Shown: positions 35,560 through 45,622, counted from the first letter of the stretch. The stretch: 64,000 bases of DNA from Deltaproteobacteria bacterium RIFCSPHIGHO2_01_FULL_43_49 (GCA_001798075.1 MGRG01000005.1:1148-65147); one strand, 5' to 3'. Notes: generated by a model from the letters alone, not told the origin. A program made the numbers and translations.

Positions 35560-36729
35560 TTAAGAGGCAAGTTGGCGCTCCTTTTCGAACGGCGGCAGCA
35601 CTTTAACAAGGAAATAGAGTAAAACAAAAGGGAGGGCAAAAATCAGCATGGCCGGAAGGATCCCTTCTTTTGCCAGAAATTCGGGGTGAAAATCTCTTAG
35701 CCCCCTTAGGCTCTTCGACATGATTTGTCCGCCGATGACGACATTCCAACGCATGGCAAAGACCTGAATGAGCAAAAGGATTGAGGCAAAGAAGGTAAGA
35801 CTGTTTCGAACTTTGGGGTGCAAGTATTTATCCAGCAAAACGGTCACCATCAAAAGGATAAAGGGAATGAGAGATCCCAAAACCATTTGGACCGAGATGA
35901 ATGAGAAGGCAAGTTTGGTGGTAAGAAGCGGGGCGATGATCTCCCAAGCCTCGTTTCTTTCATAACTCAACGTAATGATTTCCAAGAGTTCCAATGTCAC
36001 GGTTTGGATCTGGAAATACCAGAGCCACCTGGCCAACCCTCGAACACAATCTTGACTCACCTCTGTGCCACGAAAAATCGCCATGAGTTGATAAAGGATG
36101 ATCAGAAGGGCAATCCCCGAGACAACGGCTGAAAACAAAAAAATGATCGGCATCAAAGGAGTGGACCACCAAGGGTTTGCCTTGACGGCGCCAAAGAGAA
36201 AACCGACATAGCCGTGCAAAAGACAAGCGGAAGGAATTCCAATCGTTGCCAAAATGGTGATTACTTTATGATCTGTCTTGATGGCTTCGTCACTAACATC
36301 ATAAACTCCCAGTGTAAGAATACGATAAGGCAGCGCTCGAATTCCTTTATAGGTGGTTGCAAAATGGACAATGTCTTTTCTAAAAACCAACCAGATTTCT
36401 AAAATCAGGACAACAAGATAACTGGTGTAGAGAATCCCAAATCCGGCCATGGCGGAGGAAAAGTTGGGGGTAATCATAATATTGAGAGCTCTCTCCGGAT
36501 GCCCCAGGTGATTAAGCAGTGGCAGTGTTGCGCACAAAAGGAAGGCCAGTGAAGTCAAAAGTGCGAAACGTCCGATCGGTTGATACTCTTTTTTTTGAAA
36601 AACATGATAGAAAGAGGAAACAATGAAAGCACCGGCAACAAGACCGGTGATGTAGGGATACATGACAATCATAATGCTCCAATGGATGTGAATGTCGTTT
36701 GGAAAAGTATATTGCAGGTATGGGAGCAT
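35560..36729 (-). CDS. NrfD/PsrC-family polytopic membrane quinone-interacting subunit
   Basis: The 389 aa product has eight to ten TM helices, with a size and hydrophobicity pattern like NrfD/PsrC/ActC. It is co-oriented and contiguous with the FeS subunit gene. Confidence 0.75.
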   Translation of the reverse strand: MLPYLQYTFPNDIHIHWSIMIVMYPYITGLVAGAFIVSSFYHVFQKKEYQPIGRFALLTSLAFLLCATLPLLNHLGHPERALNIMITPNFSSAMAGFGILYTSYLVVLILEIWLVFRKDIVHFATTYKGIRALPYRILTLGVYDVSDEAIKTDHKVITILATIGIPSACLLHGYVGFLFGAVKANPWWSTPLMPIIFLFSAVVSGIALLIILYQLMAIFRGTEVSQDCVRGLARWLWYFQIQTVTLELLEIITLSYERNEAWEIIAPLLTTKLAFSFISVQMVLGSLIPFILLMVTVLLDKYLHPKVRNSLTFFASILLLIQVFAMRWNVVIGGQIMSKSLRGLRDFHPEFLAKEGILPAMLIFALPFVLLYFLVKVLPPFEKERQLAS

Positions 36730-37553
36730 TAACGTGTCTCCTTATCGAAACCTAAATAGTAGCATCTCGGTTTTGTCAGTTTTTCGGGTTGTAGGACTGC
36801 AATATGTTCTTCCGTTACAATTTTGCGGATAGGGTCACGTTCGTTATTCATGTCGCCGAACAATCTGGCCCCTGTGGGACAGGCCTCCACGCAAGCCGGC
36901 TTTAAACCTTTTGTGATTCGATGATAACACCAGGTACATTTTTCAGCCGTTCTGGTGAGAGGATTAATAAAGCGACTTCCGAAAGGACAGGCTTGGACAC
37001 AATAGCCGCAACCGATGCAGCGCTTGCTGTCGACCAAAACCGCTCCGTCTTGGTTGGTATAAGAAGCCCCAACGGGACAGACCTGTGAGCAAGGGGTATT
37101 GGCACAGTGGTTGCAAAGCTTTGGAACAAAATAAGATTTGGAGACGTTGAATCCAGGGGTCATCGGTTTGAATCCGTTGATTCCTCCATCAGGAGATTCA
37201 ACAATGACTTCTCCTTTTTCCGAGACCACATAACGTTCGATCCAAGTTCTGAAAAAATGATCGGGAACTTTATTCTCCAGGGCGCAAGCCTTGACACACA
37301 TTCCACAGCCGATGCATTTATTGATGTCGACGACATAGGCAAAGAGGTGTTCGCTCGGATCATAGTTTGTCCCTGGAATCATTCCCAAGGCTTGTTCCGC
37401 CGCTTTTAATGGAGAAACGCGCATCAGACCTACAAAGAGAGCCACACTGGGAGCCATCTTGAGCGCGGAGGTTAAAAATTCGCGCCTCGAAATCGCATCC
37501 TCATCTTCTATTTTTCCCCCATTGGACTGTGGGGCTGATGGCAACTTAAGCAT
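36729..37553 (-). CDS. Tat-exported 4Fe-4S ferredoxin-type subunit (PsrB/NrfC/DmsB-like)
   Basis: The product has a twin-arginine motif SRREFLTS and four Cys clusters (CIGCGMCVKAC, CNHCANTPCSQVCP, CIGCGYCVQACP, CTWC...CVEACP). Confidence 0.85.
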   Translation of the reverse strand: MLKLPSAPQSNGGKIEDEDAISRREFLTSALKMAPSVALFVGLMRVSPLKAAEQALGMIPGTNYDPSEHLFAYVVDINKCIGCGMCVKACALENKVPDHFFRTWIERYVVSEKGEVIVESPDGGINGFKPMTPGFNVSKSYFVPKLCNHCANTPCSQVCPVGASYTNQDGAVLVDSKRCIGCGYCVQACPFGSRFINPLTRTAEKCTWCYHRITKGLKPACVEACPTGARLFGDMNNERDPIRKIVTEEHIAVLQPEKLTKPRCYYLGFDKETR

Positions 37554-37990
37554 ATTTCTTCATTCTCCAAGTTTTTGTCTTTCGAGACGACATGTTCATG
37601 AAAATCGATTTGTGGAAATGTTTTGGGCTTCGCCTCCAATTTTTGGTGACAACGGGCACAAAGGGCAAACGTTTTATGGATGGGCATGGGCTGAACGCCA
37701 TCCTCTGTCACATGCTGGGTTAGAGGGGCATGGCAATCTTGACAAGGAACGGCTGCATGTCTGCCAGCCAATTTTATTTTCCAAACATCGTCATGACATT
37801 CCGCACACGAGTTTGGATTGCCATGCACAATAGGCAAGCTGGCCTGCTCTGCCAAGTTCTCACCCCGGAAATGCCCATACAACCCAAAACTTTTGGGAAT
37901 CAAAAGCGCCCTAACGACAAAAAAGAGAAAGATGGCTGCACCCAAGAGAATAGCCGCACGGATCAAATGTCGGTGGTGTCCTTTGCCCAT
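37508..37990 (-). CDS. membrane-anchored tetrahaem cytochrome c (NrfH/NapC-like or DsrJ-like)
   Basis: An N-terminal TM helix is followed by four CxxCH motifs (CAECH, CQDCH, CARCH, CLSCH) in 160 aa. The gene's 3' end overlaps the start of the FeS-subunit gene. Confidence 0.7.
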   Translation of the reverse strand: MGKGHHRHLIRAAILLGAAIFLFFVVRALLIPKSFGLYGHFRGENLAEQASLPIVHGNPNSCAECHDDVWKIKLAGRHAAVPCQDCHAPLTQHVTEDGVQPMPIHKTFALCARCHQKLEAKPKTFPQIDFHEHVVSKDKNLENEEICLSCHQPHSPMGEK

Positions 37991-38010
37991 GAATCCTTCT
38001 CATCTTTCTC

Positions 38011-38289
38011 TTACTTTCTTAAGCTCAACACATAATCGGCCAAGGCATTAAGCTCTTCATCGGTTGCTTTGACCGCAGGCATGGTGACCTTTGGATTCAC
38101 CGATTTTGGGTCTTTCATAAATTTGACCAACGAGGCCTTATCCATCTTGGAATCTTTGAGATCTCCGCCTTTTTTCCCTGCGGCGTGACAAGCCCCGCAC
38201 ATCTTGGCTTTGAACAGCGCGGCCCCATCAGCCCCCGCGAAGGCCGATCCCGCGACAGCGACTGCTAACAAACAGAGTATGATTTTCAT
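38011..38289 (-). CDS. small monohaem cytochrome c (paralog of 29044-29328)
   Basis: GADGAALFKAKMCGACHAAGKKGGDLKDS...VKATDEELNALADYVLSLRK is about 80% identical to the 29044 product. The start is set at the internal Met with a GGAGGA Shine-Dalgarno; the ORF track extends it to 38370. Confidence 0.8.
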   Translation of the reverse strand: MKIILCLLAVAVAGSAFAGADGAALFKAKMCGACHAAGKKGGDLKDSKMDKASLVKFMKDPKSVNPKVTMPAVKATDEELNALADYVLSLRK

Positions 38290-38366
38290 GACTTCCTCCT
38301 TTTTTAAAAGAATCATAAATGGCAAAAGAGCAATATGAGCCAGATCATTCTTGGGCCTGATCTTTA

Positions 38367-39692
38367 TCATATGAGGCTTGCCACGTGAACGGCATTTTTC
38401 ATTGTATCATTCACAGAGATCCCTTCCCAGTAATTCCCAGTCAGATAAAGGCCAGGGGATTTTTGAAGGTGCGCTCTTATTTTTTCTAATTTTTTTGGAT
38501 GTCCTAGCGTGTATTGTGGCAGCGCTTTCGTGTGTCTGGTTAAGGAGGCTTCTTCGATGCGAAACGAGGAGCCAAAAATTTGTCGCAGCTCATTGAGGAC
38601 CTTTGAAATGATTTGATCCTCTCCTTCTTGAAGGATTGTGGGATTCTTGGCACCACCGACAAAACAGGTGAGCAAGGCCAAAGAATCTGGGCAGCGATTT
38701 TCAAAAATGGAAGAAGACCAGAGACACCCGAGCAAGAAATTTTTTCCGCCGGCACCCGATAGAAACCCAAAACCGTTCAAGGGATGGTTGATGAAGGATC
38801 GTTCCACGACGAGATGGATTACAGCAAGAGGGGCATAGGGGACTGTATTTAATTGGAGTGCCAAACCAGGATTTGAATCTTCCAAAAGTCTGGCGGCCTC
38901 AAAAGCAGGGAGACCCAAGATCAGAACACGAGCCTCTTCTTCACGAAGTCCCCCTTGGTGTTTCCATTGAACCTTCCAGCCCTCCTTCAATTTTGTAATC
39001 GCAATGTCCTGGCACTCCAGTTGGCAATGTTTTTGGATCGTTTGATAAAGTGCATCGGTCAAGGTTTGCATCCCCCCTTTAAAGGAGTAAAGAGTTTGCC
39101 CTTGAGACAAGAGGCGTGTTTTTTTAAGGGCCTTAAACAAGCTCCCATATTCTCTTTCCCACTCCGTTATTTTTGGCGCAACAGCCTGGATACTGAGATG
39201 TTCGCAATCGCCGGCATAAATCCCGTGAATCATCGGCTTGACCAGATTTAGGGCCTGTTTTCCTAAACGCCTTGTCACAAATTGCGCAATGCTTTCTTCT
39301 CCGTTTAAGCTTCTGGCTGCGATGAGAGGTTCCAAAATCAGGCGAAGTTTTCCCAAAGGAGTTAAAAGAGGCGTTTTTAAAAATTGGGCCGGTGACGTGG
39401 GAAAAGAAATCAATTTCCCCCGCCTCAAGACAAAACGATTTTTTGAAGACTCCCTCGCTTGGATCATTTCGCCCGTTAGTCCCAGCTCTTTAGCGTGAGC
39501 CATTAACGTATCATGGCTGGACAAAAAACTGTTGGGTCCTTTTTCCAAAAGAGTTCCATTGGTGGTGACAGTATGGAGACATCCGCCACAGCGTAAGGTC
39601 TTTTCTAATAGCAAAAAAGAAAAACCCTTTCGCTTGAGATGATAAGAGGCTGTGAGCCCCGCGATTCCGGCCCCCAATATAATGGCATCCAT
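38367..39692 (-). CDS. hemY: protoporphyrinogen/coproporphyrinogen oxidase (HemY/CgoX family, FAD-dependent)
   Basis: The N-terminus MDAIILGAGIAGLTASYHL is a FAD dinucleotide-binding motif, and the 441 aa product carries HemY-like motifs (GGCLHTV...GPNSF, C-terminal GxYxxG). Confidence 0.8.
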   Translation of the reverse strand: MDAIILGAGIAGLTASYHLKRKGFSFLLLEKTLRCGGCLHTVTTNGTLLEKGPNSFLSSHDTLMAHAKELGLTGEMIQARESSKNRFVLRRGKLISFPTSPAQFLKTPLLTPLGKLRLILEPLIAARSLNGEESIAQFVTRRLGKQALNLVKPMIHGIYAGDCEHLSIQAVAPKITEWEREYGSLFKALKKTRLLSQGQTLYSFKGGMQTLTDALYQTIQKHCQLECQDIAITKLKEGWKVQWKHQGGLREEEARVLILGLPAFEAARLLEDSNPGLALQLNTVPYAPLAVIHLVVERSFINHPLNGFGFLSGAGGKNFLLGCLWSSSIFENRCPDSLALLTCFVGGAKNPTILQEGEDQIISKVLNELRQIFGSSFRIEEASLTRHTKALPQYTLGHPKKLEKIRAHLQKSPGLYLTGNYWEGISVNDTMKNAVHVASLI

Positions 39693-39742
39693 ATAAGTGA
39701 ATATTGATACCGCTTTTTAAAGACCGGAGGATATGATTATTA

Positions 39743-40120
39743 TCAGGTCCGTCGGGACCATTGAGAAATTTTTAGGGCGAGAAAACCCCCTCCTCCGATG
39801 AGGAGAACAACTGGCAAAACCCAAACCAGCAAGTTAAAACCTTGGGGTTTGGGTGAAAGCAAAATCCATTCACCATAGCGATCCTCAAAATATTTTAGAA
39901 TTTGCTCTTCGCTCTCACCTTTCCCAAGTTTTTCGCGAATCACCTTCATCATATCTTGGGCCAGTTCCGCCGGCGACTCTGAGATTGGAATTCCCCGACA
40001 AACCGGACAGCGGAGTTGGTCGGCAATTTGGCGTGCCTCCTGGTTTAGGCTTAAATTTGAGGAAACACCCCAGGCAAGCGTGGAAACAAGGAAAAACAAG
40101 AGAGACCTGATTAAAATCAT
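39743..40120 (-). CDS. ccmH: cytochrome c-type biogenesis protein CcmH/NrfF
   Basis: The product has a signal peptide, the LRCPVCRG motif (CcmH LRCxxC) and a C-terminal TM anchor. Confidence 0.75.
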   Translation of the reverse strand: MILIRSLLFFLVSTLAWGVSSNLSLNQEARQIADQLRCPVCRGIPISESPAELAQDMMKVIREKLGKGESEEQILKYFEDRYGEWILLSPKPQGFNLLVWVLPVVLLIGGGGFLALKISQWSRRT

Positions 40121-40164
40121 GAGAAAAGTAAGTTTATTTGCTATAGTACAGCTAAGAGAGATCT

Positions 40165-42669
40165 ATGTCTAATTTAGGCCCAGGCCGCAAGGTTTTTTTT
40201 GTGTTGGTTGGGCTTTTTTGTTTCCTCATTTTTTCCTTTGGTTGTGGCGAGAGAAAACCAAGTACCAAGTCTCAGACTCAGCAAGGAGCTGGGGGAGAAG
40301 GAACTCCTGGTGAGGGTCTTGCCCCTCCCGCTATTTTTCCTCATTCCGAAAACTGGGCAAGTCCTATCGATCACGGTGTGTGGACGGCACAAAATGGTTC
40401 TGAAGTTTGCTTGAACTGTCATAAAATAGAATCGGCTCAGGTAGAAACGCCCCCGACTTGTCACTCTTGCCACAAACTTTTTCCCCACCCAGATACTTGG
40501 GTCAAAAAAGAAAATCATGGGTCTTTTGTTTTGACCAATGGAAAAGGAAGCTGTGCGACCCAGTGCCATGGCACCGATCTCAATGGCGGCCTTTCAAAAC
40601 TTGCTTGTGATTCGTGCCACGAAATCTATCCTCACAAACAAACCTGGATAGTTCCTGCGGAACATGGAGCGGCTGCTGAGGGAAATGGAAAACTTAACTG
40701 CAAAGGATGTCATGGTGATGATTTTCGCGGTGGTCTCAGTGGAAAAAGTTGCTACGAGTGTCACGAGTTATTTCCCCACGAGAAGGGCTGGTATGATCCA
40801 CAGAGGGTACAACAAAAACATCGCGATTTTGTGATGGCAAACGGAACAACCAGTTGTGCCACCCAATGCCACGGAACCGATTTGGGCGGGGGACTTTCGG
40901 GAAGGTCCTGTAATGAATGTCACCAATGGCTCCCCTGGTTCCCTCATCCTGAAGGTTGGAAGGATTATGAAGGCCACGGAACCTATGTTTTGCAAACCTT
41001 GGGTAATGACAAAACCAGTTGTAAGTTATGTCATGGAAACGATTTTCTAGGTGGGTTTTCGGGAGTTTCCTGTTCCAATTCCAGTTGTCATTCTAATTAT
41101 CCCCATGACCCTGCCACTTGGGGCCAGGCGGCAAACCATGGTCCTCCGGCTTACGGAGCAGGCAAAACCAGTTGCGCAACGGCCAATTGTCATGGGACAG
41201 TCTTTCAAGGGAGCCAATATCAAGTTAGTCCAGGCAATCCTCTAGCACCCTCTTGCTTTAATTCTGGTTGCCACGCCGATTTTCCCCACATCGATCCAAA
41301 GTGGATGACCCCTGACAAAACAAACAATGCAGTAACGAGGGATGAAAGTTTTCATGGGGATCGATTCATCAGACAAGTGCAAAGGGGAGTTGTCACCTGT
41401 ACCGGCTGCCATGGGATTAACTACGACCGCGTCGTTGGGGGATACCAGTGCACGGCTTGCCATGCAGATGGTATCACCCACAAGATCATAGGAACAGCAA
41501 CTTGGTCTAGCGGATTAGGGCATGGAAAGTTTTTTTCAAATCGTGGTTTCCTCGCAATAGATACTTCTGTCCGTTGCTGGGACTGTCATGGAAGCCCTGT
41601 TATTTTTGACAAAACACAAACAAGGCCATTTTTAGAAAACCAATCCGATTGTTATCGCTGTCACTTTGCCTATCCTCATAAAGGCTATCAGGATCAGGAT
41701 TTACTTACATGGGAGCCTGTCAATATCAATGTTTGTGGTACCAGAAATTCCGCAAATGCGCCGGCCCACTATTTTTACCTATTCGAAAATCCTTTAAGCG
41801 TGGATGTTAGTAATACCTGCGGCGGCGGGACAAATGGGTCCTGTCATTCCAATGGTTATCGAGCCTATCGTATCGAAGGTTTCTCCGGTTTTGCTCCTTG
41901 TAATTATTGTCATGGACAAAGCAACCCGCCTCCTCCACTGCCAGATTGTGCCGGACCCCCTCCATCGAACCTCCAAAATCCAGGTGCCCCGACAATTACA
42001 AGTATCTATCCGGCGCGTGATGAAACAAGTGTCTTAGTTGGATCGGCTATAAGAATACAATTTAGCGAGGCAATGGAGACGGCAAGCATTACTCAAACAG
42101 GGACATTCGTTCTCAGGCAAGTTGGGCGACCCGATTCCATCATGGCAAATATAGTTTGCAGTAACGATTGGTGCCGACAAGCAAGTTTAGTCCCTGCAGC
42201 ACAACTGCTTCGTGACACTTTATATGAAGCCACGGTGACAACTGCCACCAAAGACTGGGGAGGGACCGCTATGGCAGCTGATTATAGTTGGACTTTCAGG
42301 ACAGAGTTGCCAGATACGACTCCCCCTCTCATTGTTTCCACTATCCCAGCAAGCGGAGCAGTGGACGTGCCTCGGGGAAGATATATTTACGTCACTTTCA
42401 ATGAACTCGTAAATCAATTCTTCATCAGGGACTCCATCAAGGTAAAGAATTTAACAACTGGAGGGGCCATTGCAGGGGCAACAGGTTGTTCAAGTGCAGT
42501 AGTCAGTAATGGTTGCACAACAGTACGTTTTCAACGAAACACCACGGCAAGTTACGATACGGAGTATGAAGTGAGGGTTTTGACAATTGTGAGAGATTTG
42601 TCAGGCAACCCCCTCCAATCAGAGCATCGCTGGACTTTCAGAACAGCAGAAGCACCACCCGGACCTTAA
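40165..42669 (+). CDS. lipoprotein multihaem cytochrome c with repeated dihaem modules (non-canonical CX3CH/CX4CH) and C-terminal Ig-like domains; probably cell-surface
   Basis: The lipobox is FSFGCGE. The repeating unit is [C-x2-CH]-x2-[FY]PH-x3-W-x~6-HG-x~8-NG-x3-CATQCHGTDL-GGLS. There are about 16-18 haem motifs, including CATQCH twice and CSNSSCH, CATANCH and CFNSGCH. The last ~220 aa resemble bacterial Ig-like beta-sandwich domains (TITSIYPARDETSVLVGSAIRIQFSEAM..., LIVSTIPASGAVDVPRGRYIYVTFNELV...). Confidence 0.7.
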   Translation: MSNLGPGRKVFFVLVGLFCFLIFSFGCGERKPSTKSQTQQGAGGEGTPGEGLAPPAIFPHSENWASPIDHGVWTAQNGSEVCLNCHKIESAQVETPPTCHSCHKLFPHPDTWVKKENHGSFVLTNGKGSCATQCHGTDLNGGLSKLACDSCHEIYPHKQTWIVPAEHGAAAEGNGKLNCKGCHGDDFRGGLSGKSCYECHELFPHEKGWYDPQRVQQKHRDFVMANGTTSCATQCHGTDLGGGLSGRSCNECHQWLPWFPHPEGWKDYEGHGTYVLQTLGNDKTSCKLCHGNDFLGGFSGVSCSNSSCHSNYPHDPATWGQAANHGPPAYGAGKTSCATANCHGTVFQGSQYQVSPGNPLAPSCFNSGCHADFPHIDPKWMTPDKTNNAVTRDESFHGDRFIRQVQRGVVTCTGCHGINYDRVVGGYQCTACHADGITHKIIGTATWSSGLGHGKFFSNRGFLAIDTSVRCWDCHGSPVIFDKTQTRPFLENQSDCYRCHFAYPHKGYQDQDLLTWEPVNINVCGTRNSANAPAHYFYLFENPLSVDVSNTCGGGTNGSCHSNGYRAYRIEGFSGFAPCNYCHGQSNPPPPLPDCAGPPPSNLQNPGAPTITSIYPARDETSVLVGSAIRIQFSEAMETASITQTGTFVLRQVGRPDSIMANIVCSNDWCRQASLVPAAQLLRDTLYEATVTTATKDWGGTAMAADYSWTFRTELPDTTPPLIVSTIPASGAVDVPRGRYIYVTFNELVNQFFIRDSIKVKNLTTGGAIAGATGCSSAVVSNGCTTVRFQRNTTASYDTEYEVRVLTIVRDLSGNPLQSEHRWTFRTAEAPPGP

Positions 42670-42736
42670 CTGATCCAAATCATGTCCTCATAACTTCCCA
42701 TTTCTGCTATTTTAACCCTCAGATTTTGGAGAGAGA

Positions 42737-44332
42737 ATGGGGGAAAAAAGGCCTTGGGGTTTTTTAAAGATTGCTCCTTTTGGATGCCTTTGTCTGACCC
42801 TGGCCTGCGGCGAAATAAAACCAATCACAGACGCAGCAGCACAACTAGAAGAAGAAAGTAATGCTACCCCCAAAGTAGAAAGCCTCTTACCCCCATCTGA
42901 AACGATATTTCCCCATTCAAAAAGCTGGTCGGATCCCGTGGTACATGGGGCATGGACCATACAAAACGACTCCGATGTTTGTTTTCAATGCCACCAAAAA
43001 GATTTAGGGGGGATGGGAGGAGCCCCCGCCTGTCATTCCTGTCATCCACTTTTCCCCCATCCTGATGGGTGGGTTAAAAAAGAAAATCATGGTTCTTGGG
43101 TGTCTGCCAACGGAAAGGAAAATTGCGCTACTCAGTGTCACGGCACCGACTTCAAAGGGGGGCTTTCAAAAGTCTCGTGTGAATCCTGTCATGCGATCTA
43201 TCCCCACATGGTGACCTGGACCAATCCTGTAGAGCATGGGGCGGTTGCGAAAGGAGACGGCAAAGCGATTTGTATGAATTGCCACGGTAACACAAGCTGT
43301 TATGCGTGCCACGAAAAATACCCCCACGAAACGGGGTGGGCCGACCCTTTAAAACATGGGAAGGATGTCACTCAAAATGGCACAAACGGTTGTGCCACCC
43401 AGTGTCACGGAACCAATCTGAAGGGAGGACTGTCAGAGGTCTCCTGCGATAATTGTCATGCGAGTTATCCTCATCTTGATAACTGGAGGGATCCCACTCA
43501 ACACGGAACGGCGGCCTTAGGAAATGGTAAAACCAGTTGCGGGACAGCCAATTGTCACGGGAGCGACTTTAAGGGAAGCCTAAAAGCCCCATCCTGTTTT
43601 TCTTGTCACGCCGATTTTCCTCATACTAGTTCTCGTTGGATGACACTGAAGCCGACGACGAGTAAAACTTCTGATCGCGATGAAGGTTTCCACGGAGACC
43701 GATTCATACGGATGCAAATGTCGGGAAAGACGGGTGCTTGCGCCGAATGTCACGGTGCAAACTATGACCGTTTGATCGGTACCGGCCAATGTACGAATTG
43801 TCATCCCAATGGTGTTACCCATCGAAATACAACCCAAACAACCTGGTCTTCTTTTACGCACGGGCAGTATTACACAAGTTTCTTCAATTCCATTTCAACG
43901 AATGCCAACTGCAAGGATTGTCACGGAGGCTTTGTCGATTTCACAGACACCCAGACAAAACTCTCTTTGGAAAGTCAGTCGGGCTGCTACCGCTGCCACT
44001 GGGCTTATCCTCATAGGGCCTATGAAACTCCGATCTGGCATGAGATTTGGGAGCCCGTCGTCGCGAATAACTGTGGTGGAATGGCAAATTCCGGACACCT
44101 CCTCTATCTGACGGGGAGTTCACTCTTCACGGATGAACAAGGAAGGCGACCGACCAGCACGAACGATCCGATCAGCATCGGCGCCATCAAACATACCTGC
44201 GGCGGGTCGGCCGGTTCCTGCCATTTCAATGGTCTTCGCTCCTATAACACGCAAGCAACCTCGGCATTGTGCGGGCAATACTGTCATAGTTCAACAATGC
44301 CTTCCATCCCATCGCGGCCCCCTTGCCCTTAA
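42737..44332 (+). CDS. lipoprotein multihaem cytochrome c, paralog of the previous gene (same dihaem module repeats)
   Basis: The lipobox is LTLACGE, and the same modules recur (CFQCH...CHSCHPLFPHPDGWVKKENHGSWVSANGKENCATQCHGTDFKGGLSKVSCESCHAIYPH...). CX4CH variants CGTANCH and CGGSAGSCH are present; the 531 aa product has no Ig-like tail. Confidence 0.7.
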   Translation: MGEKRPWGFLKIAPFGCLCLTLACGEIKPITDAAAQLEEESNATPKVESLLPPSETIFPHSKSWSDPVVHGAWTIQNDSDVCFQCHQKDLGGMGGAPACHSCHPLFPHPDGWVKKENHGSWVSANGKENCATQCHGTDFKGGLSKVSCESCHAIYPHMVTWTNPVEHGAVAKGDGKAICMNCHGNTSCYACHEKYPHETGWADPLKHGKDVTQNGTNGCATQCHGTNLKGGLSEVSCDNCHASYPHLDNWRDPTQHGTAALGNGKTSCGTANCHGSDFKGSLKAPSCFSCHADFPHTSSRWMTLKPTTSKTSDRDEGFHGDRFIRMQMSGKTGACAECHGANYDRLIGTGQCTNCHPNGVTHRNTTQTTWSSFTHGQYYTSFFNSISTNANCKDCHGGFVDFTDTQTKLSLESQSGCYRCHWAYPHRAYETPIWHEIWEPVVANNCGGMANSGHLLYLTGSSLFTDEQGRRPTSTNDPISIGAIKHTCGGSAGSCHFNGLRSYNTQATSALCGQYCHSSTMPSIPSRPPCP

Positions 44333-44338
44333 CACTTT

Positions 44339-45622
44339 ATGTTTAGTTGTCAGGTCACAGATTTTTATGGTATTTCTCACAAGGTGAAAATATTGACTTT
44401 GATCCTTCCCTTTCTCCTTGCTTCCTCAATAGTGAATGCGGGGGAGTTTCATTTAAACGCAACTAGTCTTGGCCAAGTTCGCAAAAATGCGAGACTCCAA
44501 AAAGAAATCCCTGTCAACGGATACCTGGGCATGGCCTTTGCCCAGCCAACATGGGAGCTTTCGGGCGAAACAAATATGCGTGTCATTCGAGATTTCAAAA
44601 GAAAACTAGACGACTACGATCTCTACCAGGCGGTGATTCATTACAAGCCCACAGAGAAACTTCGGATCGATTCAGGTCGCCAGATTGTCAACCAGGGGTT
44701 TTCCCTTGAGATGCTCGACGGTGTCCAAACGACTATTATGCCCTGGGATCATGTCGATTTTACCGTTTATTCAGGAATTCCCCGAAGTGTTGAAAGAGAG
44801 GATTTTAACAAAAATGATGGTTTGCTGACCGGTATCTCTATTGGGATGAAAAATGTTGCCAGGACAAATTTTTCACTACACGCTGCGTGGCGCAAAAACG
44901 ACATTTATTTCATCGATCCAAAACAAAACGATGAGGCCCGTGTCGGCGCCAATTTTTCACATCAGTTTGCTGTCTCCACAACACCAATGTTGTATGGAAC
45001 CTTTGAATACGACGCGATGGGCAAGGTGATTGATACGGGTGTGGCGGGTTTTGATATTTATCCCTCCAAGCGAATTGCACTCAACATGGAGTTCAACTAT
45101 TTCAACATCAGTCGGGAAACAGATCGATTGACCATTCAAAGACTCTTCACTCAGGGAAGACAAATTGGTGGCCGCTTTTCCTCCACATGGACACTCGTTC
45201 CAAACTATTTGGATCTTGTGGAAAGCTATACTTATCAAAATGTAGAGGTAGTCAAAGGGGATCGCCGCCATGGACACATCGTCGATGCGGCCCTGCAACT
45301 CTCCCTGGATAACATTGGACTCCATATAGAACCAGGCTATTATTTTTCAAAAAGTTTTGGCGGTCGCTTACACGGGGGAAGAATTTCCATTCATGAACAA
45401 TTCACCGATAAGTTTTATACCGAAGTGGGATTTGATTTCACAAAATACAAAAAAATTACCAATGACAATGACAATGCCTATTCAGGCGTAGGTTGGGCCG
45501 GCTATGAAGTAGCCAAAGGCTTGACGATATCTGGAGGTTTTGAATACAACAAAAATAATTCATTTAACAAAGATGCTCGTGGCTCTTTTAGGCTAGATTA
45601 TCAATTTGACCATGGAAGCTAA
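44339..45622 (+). CDS. putative outer-membrane beta-barrel (porin-like) protein, candidate porin of a porin-cytochrome complex
   Basis: The signal peptide is KILTLILPFLLASSIVNA; the true start may be GTG 44384. The product is rich in alternating aromatic/polar residues and short loops, with the C-terminal ...FRLDYQFDHGS. The family assignment is inference. Confidence 0.45.
   Translation: MFSCQVTDFYGISHKVKILTLILPFLLASSIVNAGEFHLNATSLGQVRKNARLQKEIPVNGYLGMAFAQPTWELSGETNMRVIRDFKRKLDDYDLYQAVIHYKPTEKLRIDSGRQIVNQGFSLEMLDGVQTTIMPWDHVDFTVYSGIPRSVEREDFNKNDGLLTGISIGMKNVARTNFSLHAAWRKNDIYFIDPKQNDEARVGANFSHQFAVSTTPMLYGTFEYDAMGKVIDTGVAGFDIYPSKRIALNMEFNYFNISRETDRLTIQRLFTQGRQIGGRFSSTWTLVPNYLDLVESYTYQNVEVVKGDRRHGHIVDAALQLSLDNIGLHIEPGYYFSKSFGGRLHGGRISIHEQFTDKFYTEVGFDFTKYKKITNDNDNAYSGVGWAGYEVAKGLTISGGFEYNKNNSFNKDARGSFRLDYQFDHGS

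Noticed and set aside
44339-45622. Calling the 427 aa protein an OmbB ortholog specifically
   Set aside because: Only composition, a signal peptide and genomic context support a beta-barrel. I see no family-specific motif, so I keep it as a generic putative porin.
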